The position numbers were made by a program, and so were the translations under genes. Of a stretch of DNA of 64,000 bases, positions 36,520 through 46,837 are shown in pieces. The notes under the pieces were generated by a model that was not told the origin of the DNA, did not search any database, and saw only the letters and a program-made list of their open reading frames with translations. The DNA is from Nitrosopumilus sp. (lineage in GTDB: Archaea; Thermoproteota; Nitrososphaeria; Nitrososphaerales; Nitrosopumilaceae). Location of the stretch: positions 64,001 through 128,000 of the forward strand of contig CBDBLO010000002.1 of NCBI GenBank assembly GCA_965207075.1, in the 5' to 3' direction. Positions within the stretch are counted from its first letter, which is position 1. Each line of letters starts with the position of its first letter.

Positions 36520-37623
36520 TCATACCGTGACAAGATCCTTTGTGAACCTGTGCAGCACGCCGGGCGCCTGTCCCGGCCCCCGGATCACAAGCGAGTCCTC
36601 TATCCTGACACCGAACCTGCCCGGCAGATAGATTCCCGGCTCGACTGTTATCGCCATTCCCCTGCGAAGCCTCGTCGCAACGTTCCTGGAGACGGCGGGA
36701 AGCTCGTGCACCTCCAGTCCTATGCCGTGGCCCGTGGAGTGCACAAAGTATCTGCCGTACCCCTGCCGCTCTATGTACGAGCGGCACACGGCATCCACGC
36801 TGCCGCACGCGGCGCCGGCCCTGGCCGCTGCTAGCCCGAGCCGCTGCGACTCCCGCACTATATCGTACACGTTCTGCGCCTCCTCGGAGGCGGGCCTCCC
36901 CACCGCAAACGTGCGGGTCGCGTCAGAGACGTATCCCTTGTACCTCAGGGTCAGGTCCACCACGACCATGTCGCCCCTCCTGAACCTACGCCGCGAGACC
37001 TGGGCGTGGGGGAGCGCGCCGTTGGGGCCCCCCGCTACTATGAGCGGGTTCAGCGTGGAGGAGTATCCCACGTCAAACGCGCCCTGCGCGGCGGCCTCGG
37101 CCATCAGGACGGCCTGCAGCTCGGACTCGCGCTGCCCCGCCCTCATCCTCTGCGAGCATACCTCAAACAGGCCGTCTATGATCCGGGAGGCCCTTCTCAG
37201 GACCGCAATCTCAGACGGATCCTTTACCATCCGGGACGCGTCAAACGGCTCCTCGGTCTGTATGATCTTTGGGACCGCCCTCTTGAGGTACGTCATGGTC
37301 CGGTAGTCCCGGCAGTCGGTGCACGTGCCGCCGCCGCCGGCGCCGTCCCGGCGTCCGGCCCTTGCCACCCTTGCCGCGGTCGACGCAATCCCGCGCATGC
37401 CGCGCTCGGCCACCACGACCTCGCAGCCGCCGGACTCGGACTCGGCCCTGGCCGCCTCCAGCTCGGGGGACACGATGACGGGCTTCTGCCCCCTCTGCAG
37501 TACGGCCGCGGCTTCCCCCCAAAAGCCCGTCATGTAGGATATGTTCTCGGGCCTAAACGCAATCAGCGTGTCAAACTTCATCCTGCTGGCACTCCTCAGG
37601 AGTGACCCGTACCTTGCGCCCAC
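36520..37623 (-). CDS. Xaa-Pro peptidase (M24 family)
   Basis: RMVK, D.TRT, HSTGHGIGLEVHE, EPGIY, GVRIED. Confidence 0.92.
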   Translation of the reverse strand: MGARYGSLLRSASRMKFDTLIAFRPENISYMTGFWGEAAAVLQRGQKPVIVSPELEAARAESESGGCEVVVAERGMRGIASTAARVARAGRRDGAGGGGTCTDCRDYRTMTYLKRAVPKIIQTEEPFDASRMVKDPSEIAVLRRASRIIDGLFEVCSQRMRAGQRESELQAVLMAEAAAQGAFDVGYSSTLNPLIVAGGPNGALPHAQVSRRRFRRGDMVVVDLTLRYKGYVSDATRTFAVGRPASEEAQNVYDIVRESQRLGLAAARAGAACGSVDAVCRSYIERQGYGRYFVHSTGHGIGLEVHELPAVSRNVATRLRRGMAITVEPGIYLPGRFGVRIEDSLVIRGPGQAPGVLHRFTKDLVTV

Positions 37624-37725
37624 ACGGGGGCGCAGATACCAAACCGTATTAACCTTGAGATGGCGGGGCGCGGCCGGACTACGGAAAACCAAAGTCTGTA
37701 TAAGGGGCCGGTATGTCGCGCATAC

Positions 37726-38895
37726 ATGTCAGATATGATGGCGGCAAGGCGCGAGGGCGGCGGCAACGGCGCGGGCCCCGCAGCATATGAGCCAGGCGCA
37801 GGGGAGAGCAGGAGTGGGAATGCGCAGGATAAGAAGGAGAAGAAAAAGGTGGTAGCCCTGCTCTCGGGTGGCCTTGACAGCCAGCTGGCAGTCAGGATGA
37901 TGCAGGAGCGGGGCTTTGAGGTCTCGGCCGTGGCCATCAAGACGCCCTTTTGCGACTTTGACTGCGGCAGGGGATGCGGCTTTGAGATCAGGGAGAGGGC
38001 CGACGACCTCAACGTGGACCTCAAGACCGTATACCTGGGCGACGAGTACGTCGAGATGCTAAAGAACCCCAAGTACGGGAGGGGGGCCGGATTCAACCCG
38101 TGCATAGACTGCCGCGCAATGATGTTCGGGGCCGCAAAAAAGCGCATGGAGGAGATCGGCGCCGAGTTTGTGATATCAGGGGAGGTCCTGGGCCAGAGGC
38201 CCATGAGCCAGCACGGCCCCGCGCTAAGGACTATAGAGAAGGAGTCGCGCCTGGAGGGCAAGATCGTAAGGCCCCTCTCGGCCGCGCTGCTTCCCGCGAC
38301 CGACCCGGAGAGGGACGGCCTCATAAGGCGCGAGGACATGGGAACGATAAGGGGCCGCACGAGAAGGGCCCAGCTGAGGATGGCCGAGCAGTACGCGATA
38401 GAGGATCCCCCCAACGCCGGCGGGGGGTGCCTGCTGACCGACCCGCAGTTTGGCCGCAAGACCAGGGACCTGTTTGACCACACGGAGACGCCGACCATAA
38501 ACGACATCGACCTGCTAAAGGTCGGCAGGCACTTTAGGTTCGACGAGATGACAAAGCTTGTGACTGGCCGCAACAAGGACGAGAACGGGGTCATATCCGC
38601 GCTGGCGCTGCCCGGCGACGTGCTCCTAGAGGCAAGGGACCACATGGGGCCCGTGTCGGTCATACGCGGCGACTCGAACGGTGGCGCAATAACTGACTAT
38701 CACGTATCGCTTGCCGCGTCCATCACGCTGCGGTACTCTGACGCGCCAAAGGACCAGGACGCGAAGTGGGCCGTAACCGTCAGGAGGGTGCGCGGCGGCA
38801 GGGAAAACGGCGACGACGATCCCGCGGCCGCAGAGCGCGTCGTACACGCGGGGCCGGCGGCAGACGAGTCATACGCCAGGTTCAGGATTAAATAA
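37726..38895 (+). CDS. ThiI/MnmA-like PP-loop tRNA thiolation protein with DUF814-like C-terminus
   Basis: LSGGLDS, NPCIDCR, GEVLGQRPMSQ, AGGGCLLTD, GRHFR. Confidence 0.8.
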   Translation: MSDMMAARREGGGNGAGPAAYEPGAGESRSGNAQDKKEKKKVVALLSGGLDSQLAVRMMQERGFEVSAVAIKTPFCDFDCGRGCGFEIRERADDLNVDLKTVYLGDEYVEMLKNPKYGRGAGFNPCIDCRAMMFGAAKKRMEEIGAEFVISGEVLGQRPMSQHGPALRTIEKESRLEGKIVRPLSAALLPATDPERDGLIRREDMGTIRGRTRRAQLRMAEQYAIEDPPNAGGGCLLTDPQFGRKTRDLFDHTETPTINDIDLLKVGRHFRFDEMTKLVTGRNKDENGVISALALPGDVLLEARDHMGPVSVIRGDSNGGAITDYHVSLAASITLRYSDAPKDQDAKWAVTVRRVRGGRENGDDDPAAAERVVHAGPAADESYARFRIK

Positions 38896-38956
38896 TGCGT
38901 CAGGCAGGCAGGCACAGCTTTGTATATAAAGAAAGTTTTTGAGTGAGAGGATGTAA

Positions 38957-39244
38957 TTGAAGAGTGTGCAAAAGCATGACAGCCCCACGTACCTCAAGGC
39001 GATGACCATAAGGGACCCAAGCGACATACACGGCATCAAGGAGGACATCAAGAGGGACATGATACTGATACTGCGCGTCACGCCGCTGGCGCAAAAGGAC
39101 GTGGCGCAGCTGCGGGGCACCGTCGAGGAGCTGTACGCCGTGGCAAAGGCGGCCGGGGCCGACATTGCAAGGCTGGGCGAGGAGCGCATCATAGTGGCGC
39201 CGGCCGGCATAAAGATCTGGAAGCCAGAGTACGACCTAAAATAG
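38957..39244 (+). CDS. sepF: Cell division protein SepF
   Basis: Archaeal SepF-like DIARLGEERIIVAP. Confidence 0.75.
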   Translation: MKSVQKHDSPTYLKAMTIRDPSDIHGIKEDIKRDMILILRVTPLAQKDVAQLRGTVEELYAVAKAAGADIARLGEERIIVAPAGIKIWKPEYDLK

Positions 39245-41182
39245 CCTGATCGACTCTTGTATCTGCGGGTTGTGCGCGGGCAGCCTAAAGCTGCGGCGTA
39301 TGCTGGTCGCCAGGTTCTCGGACTTTTTGCGCTCGCCGTGGTTTACAAGCACCCTCCTCAGCTTGGGGCGCAGGCGCTGCACGAACGCCATCAGCTGGTT
39401 GTAGTCGCTGTGCCCGCTGAACCCGTCAAGCTTCTCGACACTGCAGTCGATGTTGACCACCTCGACCTTGCCGCCCCTGCCCACCATCGTAACCTGCCTT
39501 GAGCCGTCAAGGACGCGGCGGCCCATGGTGCCGTTGACCTGGTAGGACACGAAGAGCATCTTGTTGTTCTTGCCCGGCGCTATGTTCCTAAAGTATTCGA
39601 GCACGGGCCCGCCCTCGAGCATTCCGGACGTGGCGAGTATGATGCACGGCGAGTCCTCGCGGAGCGGCTCGTCCCTGTCGTCGGCGTGCTCTATGTTGGT
39701 AAAGTACTCCGAGTCAAACGGGTTGTCGTCAGTCTCCAGTATCTTCTGCTTTAGCTCGCGCGCCAAATACTCGGGGTACGACTCGTGTATCGCAGACGCC
39801 TCGGATATCATCCCTTCCGTGAACACGGGCGCCTCTACCATCTCGCCGGACTTCATGTAGTGGTCTATCACCATCATGATCTCCTGGGCGCGCCCCACGG
39901 CCGGTATCGGTATGAGCACCTTGCCCCCGTCGGCAAGCGTGTTGTTCACGGCGTTGATGAACGCGGACTCGACCTCCTGCCTGCTGGGCTGCACGTCCTC
40001 GCGGAGGCCGTACGTGCTCTCTATCAGCAGGGTCTCGGCGCGCGGGAACCGGTAGTCGGCCGCCTCGAACAGTATGGACTTGCCGAACTTTAGGTCGCCG
40101 GAGTACACAAAGTTGTGCTCGCCGTTGCCGATGTGGAAGTGGCACAGGGCCGACCCGAGGATGTGCCCCGCGTTTGCAAGGACCAGCTTGATGTCCGGCG
40201 AGATGTCGGTGACGGTCCCGTACGGGAGCGTGATTGCCTGACGCATGACCTGCTTTACGTCGCGCTCGGAGTATATCGGCAGGCGCCCCTGCGCCGCCGC
40301 CACCTTGATTGCGTCAAGCTGTATCAGGTTCATCATGGGCAGGGTGGGCTCGGTGCAGTATATGGGGCCCCTGTACCCGTACTTGCACAGCACGGGCAGG
40401 AATCCCGTGTGGTCGAGGTGGGCGTGCCCGATCACCACCGCGTCCAGGTCGTCGAGGGTCATGGCAAGCGAGTCGAGCCTCGGGTACGCGTCCATCGGCG
40501 AGCGGGCGCCGGGGTTGATCCCGCAGTCAAGCAGTATCTTGCTCTCCTGCGTGGACAAAAGCATGCAGGAGCGCCCCACCTGCCCGAAGCCGCCGAGCGT
40601 ATGCAGCGTAACCTCGGTGCGCTGCGAGAGGCGGGGCCTGAATATCTCGTCGCCGACCTGCTTTAGCTGCCTGCTGCGCTCGGCCGACGACTGCTTTAGC
40701 GTGGCGTTTATCATCTGCACCGTGCGCGACTGTATCGTGGTGGACTTGCGTATGCGCAGCCGCCACCCGATCTTCTCGGTCACGTCCGTGTGGTCAAACT
40801 CCCTTGCGTTGCGCTGCAGGAGCCAGGGGCGCTTTGCCTCTATGGAGACCTCGCCGGTGGCGGTGTCAAATATGGTGCCCTGGAGCCCGGCCTCCTCCGG
40901 GACGCACTTGGCTATCATCTTGCGGGCCTCGTCCTCGGGCTTGCGTATGGAGTCCGTGGTCCTGATCACGATGCGCTTCTTTATGATGTTGACCAGCCTC
41001 GAGATGCGCTCGCTGTTCTCCATCAGGAACCGCGGCGTGTTGGTGTACAGCGCGATGCGCGGCCCCTCGTACTCGATCTTCGTGACGTTCGCGTCCTTGG
41101 GTATGCTCTGCAGTATGGTCGCCATGATGCTCTGGCTGCTCGGGGGCGGTTCCCTGGGTGGTGACTGTTGCCTTCTTTGCAT
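39236..41182 (-). CDS. Beta-CASP ribonuclease aCPSF1 (termination factor FttA)
   Basis: N-terminal KH region, LGGF.QVGRS, HAHLDH, AGHILGS, GFSGHSD. Confidence 0.93.
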   Translation of the reverse strand: MQRRQQSPPREPPPSSQSIMATILQSIPKDANVTKIEYEGPRIALYTNTPRFLMENSERISRLVNIIKKRIVIRTTDSIRKPEDEARKMIAKCVPEEAGLQGTIFDTATGEVSIEAKRPWLLQRNAREFDHTDVTEKIGWRLRIRKSTTIQSRTVQMINATLKQSSAERSRQLKQVGDEIFRPRLSQRTEVTLHTLGGFGQVGRSCMLLSTQESKILLDCGINPGARSPMDAYPRLDSLAMTLDDLDAVVIGHAHLDHTGFLPVLCKYGYRGPIYCTEPTLPMMNLIQLDAIKVAAAQGRLPIYSERDVKQVMRQAITLPYGTVTDISPDIKLVLANAGHILGSALCHFHIGNGEHNFVYSGDLKFGKSILFEAADYRFPRAETLLIESTYGLREDVQPSRQEVESAFINAVNNTLADGGKVLIPIPAVGRAQEIMMVIDHYMKSGEMVEAPVFTEGMISEASAIHESYPEYLARELKQKILETDDNPFDSEYFTNIEHADDRDEPLREDSPCIILATSGMLEGGPVLEYFRNIAPGKNNKMLFVSYQVNGTMGRRVLDGSRQVTMVGRGGKVEVVNIDCSVEKLDGFSGHSDYNQLMAFVQRLRPKLRRVLVNHGERKKSENLATSIRRSFRLPAHNPQIQESIRLF

Positions 41183-41189
41183 TATATCA

Positions 41190-41882
41190 CTAGAGTTTGA
41201 TTACTGCCTTCTTCTGCTCGTCGGTCAGGAGCCGGAACCCGCCGCTGTCCATCACGGCCAAGTTGATTCCGTCGCCAGTCCCGATGTTTCTCACTATCGC
41301 GGCCCTGACCGCCCTGAGGGCGATCGTCTTGGCTTCCGATACCGTAATGTCCGGCGAATACTCGTCCTCCAGCAGCCCGTACGCTACGGGCGAGCCGCTG
41401 CCCGTCGTAACGTACGGCTTTGGCTCGACGGAGCCGAACATGTCTATGTTGAAGAGCGCCGGCCCCTCCGAGTCGTCGTATCCGCCCACCAGTATGTCCG
41501 CGATGAACGGATAGCCGCGGTTCTGGTGGAATATCAGCGAGCAGAGGCGGGCAAGCGAGTTTATCCCTATGGGGGAGCCGTCCCTCTCCACCCTGTGCAG
41601 CCCGGCGTGGTACCTCAGTATGTCCACTATGTTCTGGGCGTCGGCCACGCCGCCGGCAAGGGTCAGCCCGGCGTGGTCGTCTATCTTCTGGATCTTCATG
41701 GTGTTGTTGTTGGCAATGAAATAGCCTGCCGAGGCCCTCATGTCTGCGCAGAGCACCACCCCGTCACTGGCCCTGATGCCCACGGTGGTGGTACCATGCA
41801 GTATCTTGTTTTCAATGTTGGCCCTTGACAAAAAAGCACCTGTCTCGTGCACGTTTTGGCCTTTTAAATAACTATCCGCCAA
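41190..41882 (-). CDS. psmB: Proteasome subunit beta
   Basis: HGTTTVG propeptide cleavage site, GSGS, GDG. Confidence 0.93.
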   Translation of the reverse strand: MADSYLKGQNVHETGAFLSRANIENKILHGTTTVGIRASDGVVLCADMRASAGYFIANNNTMKIQKIDDHAGLTLAGGVADAQNIVDILRYHAGLHRVERDGSPIGINSLARLCSLIFHQNRGYPFIADILVGGYDDSEGPALFNIDMFGSVEPKPYVTTGSGSPVAYGLLEDEYSPDITVSEAKTIALRAVRAAIVRNIGTGDGINLAVMDSGGFRLLTDEQKKAVIKL

Positions 41883-42073
41883 GCCGGTAGGCGGAAATGT
41901 GCCCTCTTAGGCGGAACTACTTGCACTATCGACATTTGATATGATCATACATAGGCACATATTAAAGGTGGAACTACTTGCCGGGCAAGCCAGCGCAGTA
42001 ATGCATCCCATCGGCATTTCAAGACAGATCGCCGCCGCGTTGGATCCGTGTCCGGAGCCGCCAACCTAGGGCG

Positions 42074-42607
42074 CTAGGATGCCGCCCCTTCTGGACTGCT
42101 CCTATATGCCAGCATGAAGCAAAAGCCGCCACACATGACGCCGACTGCCAAAAGTGCGACAAACCCGCCGATTGGCTCTACAAACGAATCCATGATTGCG
42201 GGGGACTGTGGGCCTGGCTTCCCCGTGGCAAACACGTCCAGCAGCCCGCTTCCTGCAAGGCCCGCAAACGTCATGATCATCATGGCCCCGGCGCCGCCGA
42301 CGTTCATCCCGATTAGATGTATGGCAGCCAGCGTATTTGACGCACGTGAGAACTTTTTTTTGAGGGTGATCTCCAAGTGGCTGTAAAACAACGCGGTGAC
42401 TGCTATTGCAACTATGACGATCAAGTGAAACACTATCCCCAGAAAGAACCACTTGGCGGCCCCTCCAAATGACAGTGACAGGTGCTGGATTATATTCACG
42501 TTGGCGTATGTCACCTGCATCCCTACAAGGGCCAGAGCCATCCCGGTAATCACTGCCCCTTGAATTATCGCGGTTATTATGAACCGGTCAACCCATCTCG
42601 TCCTCAA
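42074..42607 (-). CDS. Four-TM hypothetical membrane protein
   Basis: Four hydrophobic helices, HL.GMN.G motif; lower GC. Confidence 0.65.
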   Translation of the reverse strand: MRTRWVDRFIITAIIQGAVITGMALALVGMQVTYANVNIIQHLSLSFGGAAKWFFLGIVFHLIVIVAIAVTALFYSHLEITLKKKFSRASNTLAAIHLIGMNVGGAGAMMIMTFAGLAGSGLLDVFATGKPGPQSPAIMDSFVEPIGGFVALLAVGVMCGGFCFMLAYRSSPEGAAS

Positions 42608-42714
42608 CCTACGCGCACCCGTAAACCATAACTCCGTTTGCTTACATCCAGTGCCGGCGCATGCCCATGGCTTTCATATGTGTCGGATTCCAAATAAAGC
42701 TTGGGTTAATGCAT

Positions 42715-42761
42715 CTCAGGTCACCGATTTGACAGCCCCGCTCAGGTCACCAATTTGACAG
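42715..42761 (+). repeat. Direct repeat 2 x 21 bp CTCAGGTCACC(G/A)ATTTGACAG
   Basis: Copies at 42715-42735 and 42741-42761, each containing GTCA-N6-TGAC. Confidence 0.85.
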
Positions 42762-42860
42762 AGTCCGCCAAGCCCCGCAGGCACACGCCCGCGGCAGGCG
42801 GGGGCTTGCGCGAACCCGTGCCTGATTCCGCGGCAGCCGGATCGCTACGCCGGCGCCGGC

Positions 42861-43937
42861 TCATACGACTCCGGTACTCTTTGCCAGGCTCAGCGCCTTT
42901 CGCGGGGTCATCTCCGACTCGGACAGTATGGTATAACGCTCCGGCCTGAGCCCCTGCGCCATGCAGAGCGCCCTTACTATGTGGTCCGCGTCAAGCCCCA
43001 CCTGCTCTGCAGTCGTGGGGGCCCCCACATCCCTCAGGGCCCTTGCAATCCTGCGCCAGTCCTGCCCGTGCAGCTTTGCCATCATTATCGATCCGATCCC
43101 GCACTTTTCGCCGTGCAGTCCTATACCGGGGGCTATCGCGTCGAGCGCGTGGGAGAACAGGTGCTCGGAGCCGGAGCAAGGCCTGCTGCTGCCGGCTATG
43201 CATGACGCGACCCCGGCGCTGATCAGCCCCTCGACGATCAGCCTGGCGTCCGTGCCCTTCTCTGCAAACTCGGCCGAGTTCTCGATTACCATCATCGCGC
43301 TCATCGTGGCCAGGTCGGCCGCATACCTCCCATAGTACTCGTCGGTGCGCCTGTGCCCGAGCTGCCAGTCCCGGACCGCGATGATGTTGGCGATCAGATC
43401 GCCGCAGCCGCTTGCAAGCAGCCCGGGCGGGGCGCTCTTGATTATGCTGATGTCCACAAAGACCCCCAGCGGCGCGGATGCCACTATCGAGTGCGGCCTG
43501 TCGCTCTTGATGGAGACAAACGGGCTTGCCATTCCGTCGTGGGACGCGGCGGTGGGCACGCTGACAAACGGCCTCCGTATGCCAAACGAGATCATCTTGG
43601 CGGTGTCAACAGACCTTCCGCCTCCTATCCCGGCGACCATCTCGGTGTCATCCTCCTCGATCTCGGCCCGTATGCGGTCAAGCGAGTCGGGGTTGTTCTT
43701 GCCTGCCTTGTGCCACACGTATGCGATGCCGGCAGACTCGAGCGACTCCTCGACGGTCTTTCTGATGATGCGCCGCACGTTGGAGCCGGACACTAGGGAT
43801 ATGCCGTCGGGCCTTTTCGCGGCGCTGCTGCTGCTGCCGTAACCTACGCCGCCTGCCAGCGAGCAAAGAAACCGCCCAAACCCGTCCAGGTTCTTCTCTC
43901 CTATCTCTATGAGGCGCGGCAGCTCCATAGTATGCAT
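42861..43937 (-). CDS. egsA: sn-glycerol-1-phosphate dehydrogenase
   Basis: GIGGG..VD.AK, PTAASHDG, SSRPCSGSEH, HGE. Confidence 0.93.
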   Translation of the reverse strand: MHTMELPRLIEIGEKNLDGFGRFLCSLAGGVGYGSSSSAAKRPDGISLVSGSNVRRIIRKTVEESLESAGIAYVWHKAGKNNPDSLDRIRAEIEEDDTEMVAGIGGGRSVDTAKMISFGIRRPFVSVPTAASHDGMASPFVSIKSDRPHSIVASAPLGVFVDISIIKSAPPGLLASGCGDLIANIIAVRDWQLGHRRTDEYYGRYAADLATMSAMMVIENSAEFAEKGTDARLIVEGLISAGVASCIAGSSRPCSGSEHLFSHALDAIAPGIGLHGEKCGIGSIMMAKLHGQDWRRIARALRDVGAPTTAEQVGLDADHIVRALCMAQGLRPERYTILSESEMTPRKALSLAKSTGVV

Positions 43938-44023
43938 ATTGCCCGTCATCGTAGTACGGAAGCGACCTCTGTATTTATGTCAAAATGGGGCATCCAAGGG
44001 GACGCAGGCGGCACGTAATGTGG

Positions 44024-44947
44024 CTAGGCAGTCCTGCCGTCACCAGAGTCGGCGTTGGTGTCCGGGGTGGAGGTAGCAGTAGTATTGTCACCACTGGCAG
44101 CGTCATCGGCAGCAGTGTCACCACTGGCAGTGTCACCACTGGCAGCGTCATCGGCGGCAGTGTCACCACTGGCAGCGTCATCGGCGGCAGTGTCACCACT
44201 GGCAGCGTCATCGGCTGCCGGAGTATCCGGCTGTTGTTGTGGCGGTGCCTTTGCGGCAGCCTTTGCCTTGTTCTCAAAGCTCTCCACGAACCGCACAGAG
44301 TCCAGATCAGGCACGAACTTGAATATGTCGCGCGCGATCCTGCGCTTTGCGGCGGGCAGTTCCATGGACTCCAGTATGTCCCCCGCAAGCGTGATCGAGA
44401 GGACGCCTGCATCCGTCGCAAATTCCGGTTCCTTGATGCTCAGTCTGGCCAGCAGTATGCTGCGTATGATGTCGTCCGGCTTGTCAAGCAGCGCCTTGAC
44501 GGTCGCGTCATACACAAGGGTCTTGCCGGCGTGCACGTGGTTAAAGTCAATCTGCACCCTGCCGGAGCTCATGAACCTGATTATACCCGGCTTGTCGTCA
44601 ATAAGCACGCGATCCCCCGCCGAGTAGTGGTCGGCGTCCTTGCCGAGCTTCCGCTGCGGATACGTGCGCACCTGTTTCGGATCCCGCACGCCCCACGCCT
44701 TCTCTGGCCCGACCTCTATGGCCCTGCTCTCTCCCACCGACATCTCCCCGAGTCCCTCAGCAAAGCCCTTGAGGACCGGATAGTTGGCCTCCCCGACAGA
44801 GACGAGCCGGGGCACGTACAGAACTTCGGGATCGTGTATCGAACCGGCCTTGGCGTCCTCCTCGCTGGTAGTCTCGATGACGGCGTCGCTGTCCTTGGCG
44901 CGCATCGTATACTCTACTAGAATCAGCGACCCCTTCTCAAAAGTCAA
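44024..44947 (-). CDS. FKBP-type peptidyl-prolyl isomerase (archaeal long type)
   Basis: PEKAWG.RD, IDFNH..AGKTL. Confidence 0.88.
   Translation of the reverse strand: MTFEKGSLILVEYTMRAKDSDAVIETTSEEDAKAGSIHDPEVLYVPRLVSVGEANYPVLKGFAEGLGEMSVGESRAIEVGPEKAWGVRDPKQVRTYPQRKLGKDADHYSAGDRVLIDDKPGIIRFMSSGRVQIDFNHVHAGKTLVYDATVKALLDKPDDIIRSILLARLSIKEPEFATDAGVLSITLAGDILESMELPAAKRRIARDIFKFVPDLDSVRFVESFENKAKAAAKAPPQQQPDTPAADDAASGDTAADDAASGDTAADDAASGDTASGDTAADDAASGDNTTATSTPDTNADSGDGRTA
44086..44215. repeat. 30-bp coding tandem repeat (ADDAASGDTA)n in the FKBP tail
   Basis: TGTCACCACTGGCAGCGTCATCGGCGGCAG about 4 copies plus a half unit. Confidence 0.9.
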
Positions 44948-45057
44948 CGGGCCTGCTCTCGAATTTCCACATATTAAATCAAACGCGCTCAGGCTGCCGC
45001 TCGCCCGCTTGCGGCGCCGTCGCCAGACCCCTCCGGGGGTGGCTCCGGCGTACGTCG

Positions 45058-46203
45058 TCAGAGCGCCTTTAGCTCCTCTTCGGCCGCCTTTAGCCCGGCC
45101 TGCGGGTCTGTGTCGTACCCCATCATGGCAAGCGTGGAGGATATGGCAGATATGGTCCGCATCACGTGATAGGGGCTCACCTCACCCATGCACCCCACCC
45201 TGAAGACCTTGCCCTTGAGGTTGCCAAAGCCGCCCGCCACAAGAACCTTGAACTTTGCCGCAAGCGTGTCCCTGAACGTCTTGTCCTCCAGCCCCTCCAG
45301 ATAGTTCAATGCCACTATGGATATCGACCTGTCCTCCTCCTTTGCAAACGGGGTCAGCCCTATGGCGCTGAGCCCCGAGTACAGAGCGTCGGAGCACGTC
45401 CGGTGGCGCCGGAACACGTTTGGCAGCCCCTCCTCCAGCAGTATGGAGAGCGCCTCCCTGTAGGCGTGCAGCAGGGGCAGGGCCGGCGTGAACGGGGTGT
45501 GCCTCGACTCCTCGTAGTACTTGAAGTAGCGTGCCAGGTTAAAGTACATCGTGCTCGGCGGGTTCTCGATCATGTACTTCTTGGCCCTCGGGCTTACTGA
45601 TATCGGGGATATTCCGGGCGGCGCCGCGATCGCCTTTTGCGCGCCCGTCATGCAGACGTCCACGTTCCACTTGTCAACGGGCAGCTCGGCTCCGCCCAGC
45701 AGCGAGACAGAATCCACCACGTAGAACGCGTCGTTTCTCGACGTCAGGTCGGACACCCGGTCAAGATACTTGACCATGGTCCCAGTCGAGGTCTCGTTGT
45801 GCACCACGTAGAACGCCTTTACGTCGGGGTTGTTGTCAAAGGCCTCCTTTACCTGATCAAACGTTGCGTTCTGTCCCGGCGGCGTCTCCAGCCTTACCAC
45901 GTTTGCGCCCTGCCCCTCGATGAGCTGGGCCAGCCTGTTTGAGAACTCGCCGTTTACCGGTATGATCACCTTGTCGTCCTTCTTGACCAGGTTGACGACG
46001 CCCGCCTCGACGGCCCCGGTTCCGGACGCGGAGAGGGCTACCACGTCGTTCGTGGTCTCGAACACCTGCTGGGTCTTTGATATTACGTCCGTGTACAGGT
46101 CCACAAAGTCGTCGCTGCGGTGGTTTATCATGGGCGCCAGCATGGCCCTCATGACCCTGTTGGGAACGTTTGTGGGGCCCGGAAGCATCGCCAGATATTC
46201 CAT
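45058..46203 (-). CDS. Class V PLP aminotransferase (serine-pyruvate/alanine-glyoxylate type)
   Basis: PGPT, HNETSTG, DSVS, GAQKA...PPG. Confidence 0.92.
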   Translation of the reverse strand: MEYLAMLPGPTNVPNRVMRAMLAPMINHRSDDFVDLYTDVISKTQQVFETTNDVVALSASGTGAVEAGVVNLVKKDDKVIIPVNGEFSNRLAQLIEGQGANVVRLETPPGQNATFDQVKEAFDNNPDVKAFYVVHNETSTGTMVKYLDRVSDLTSRNDAFYVVDSVSLLGGAELPVDKWNVDVCMTGAQKAIAAPPGISPISVSPRAKKYMIENPPSTMYFNLARYFKYYEESRHTPFTPALPLLHAYREALSILLEEGLPNVFRRHRTCSDALYSGLSAIGLTPFAKEEDRSISIVALNYLEGLEDKTFRDTLAAKFKVLVAGGFGNLKGKVFRVGCMGEVSPYHVMRTISAISSTLAMMGYDTDPQAGLKAAEEELKAL

Positions 46204-46237
46204 GTTTGCTCTGGATGCCGTCCTGCTTTATTTATAA

Positions 46238-46753
46238 CTAGAGATCCGCCAGGCGCGTCGCCGCGCCGCACCGCCGCAGGACGTCCCGCGTCCCGGACGG
46301 GACGAGCCGCTGCCAGTCGGACGGTGGGGCCCCGCCCCCGATCATGTTCCGGATGCGGGTGCCGGACAGCTCGCCCCGGTTGAGGAACGGGATTCGGACG
46401 GCCCTGACGGCGCCCCTCCTCCTCTCAGAGTAGAGGCGCTCAGTCAGCCGGTCGTTTGTAAACACCACGCCAAAGGGGGGCACGATCTCGTCGATCAGGT
46501 CAAGCCACCTGACGTGGTTCTCCACGTCCGGTATGTCGTATATCTCAATGCGCGCCGCCGTGCCGGCGTCCACCGAGGAGAGTATCATCTCCCTGCGCTC
46601 CGCTGCCGTAAACGGGTTTGCCGCCTCCGGGGGCCTGTTGGAGCTGCCTATTCCGATCCAGAGCCGGTCCGCCGTGCCGAGCGCAAACCGGAGCGCGGAC
46701 ATGTGCCCCAGATGAAACGGCTGGAACCTGCCCACCAAGAGACCGTCGGCCAC
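46238..46753 (-). CDS. Nicotinamide-nucleotide adenylyltransferase
   Basis: GRFQPFHLGH, NPFT..ER, SGT.IR. Confidence 0.9.
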   Translation of the reverse strand: MADGLLVGRFQPFHLGHMSALRFALGTADRLWIGIGSSNRPPEAANPFTAAERREMILSSVDAGTAARIEIYDIPDVENHVRWLDLIDEIVPPFGVVFTNDRLTERLYSERRRGAVRAVRIPFLNRGELSGTRIRNMIGGGAPPSDWQRLVPSGTRDVLRRCGAATRLADL

Positions 46754-46837
46754 TGCTATACTGCGCGGCAGCTCTAAAAAAAGTGTCAGGCCCGCCGCCG
46801 CGGGGTCGGGCACGGCGGCACCCGGGCCGGCAGATGA

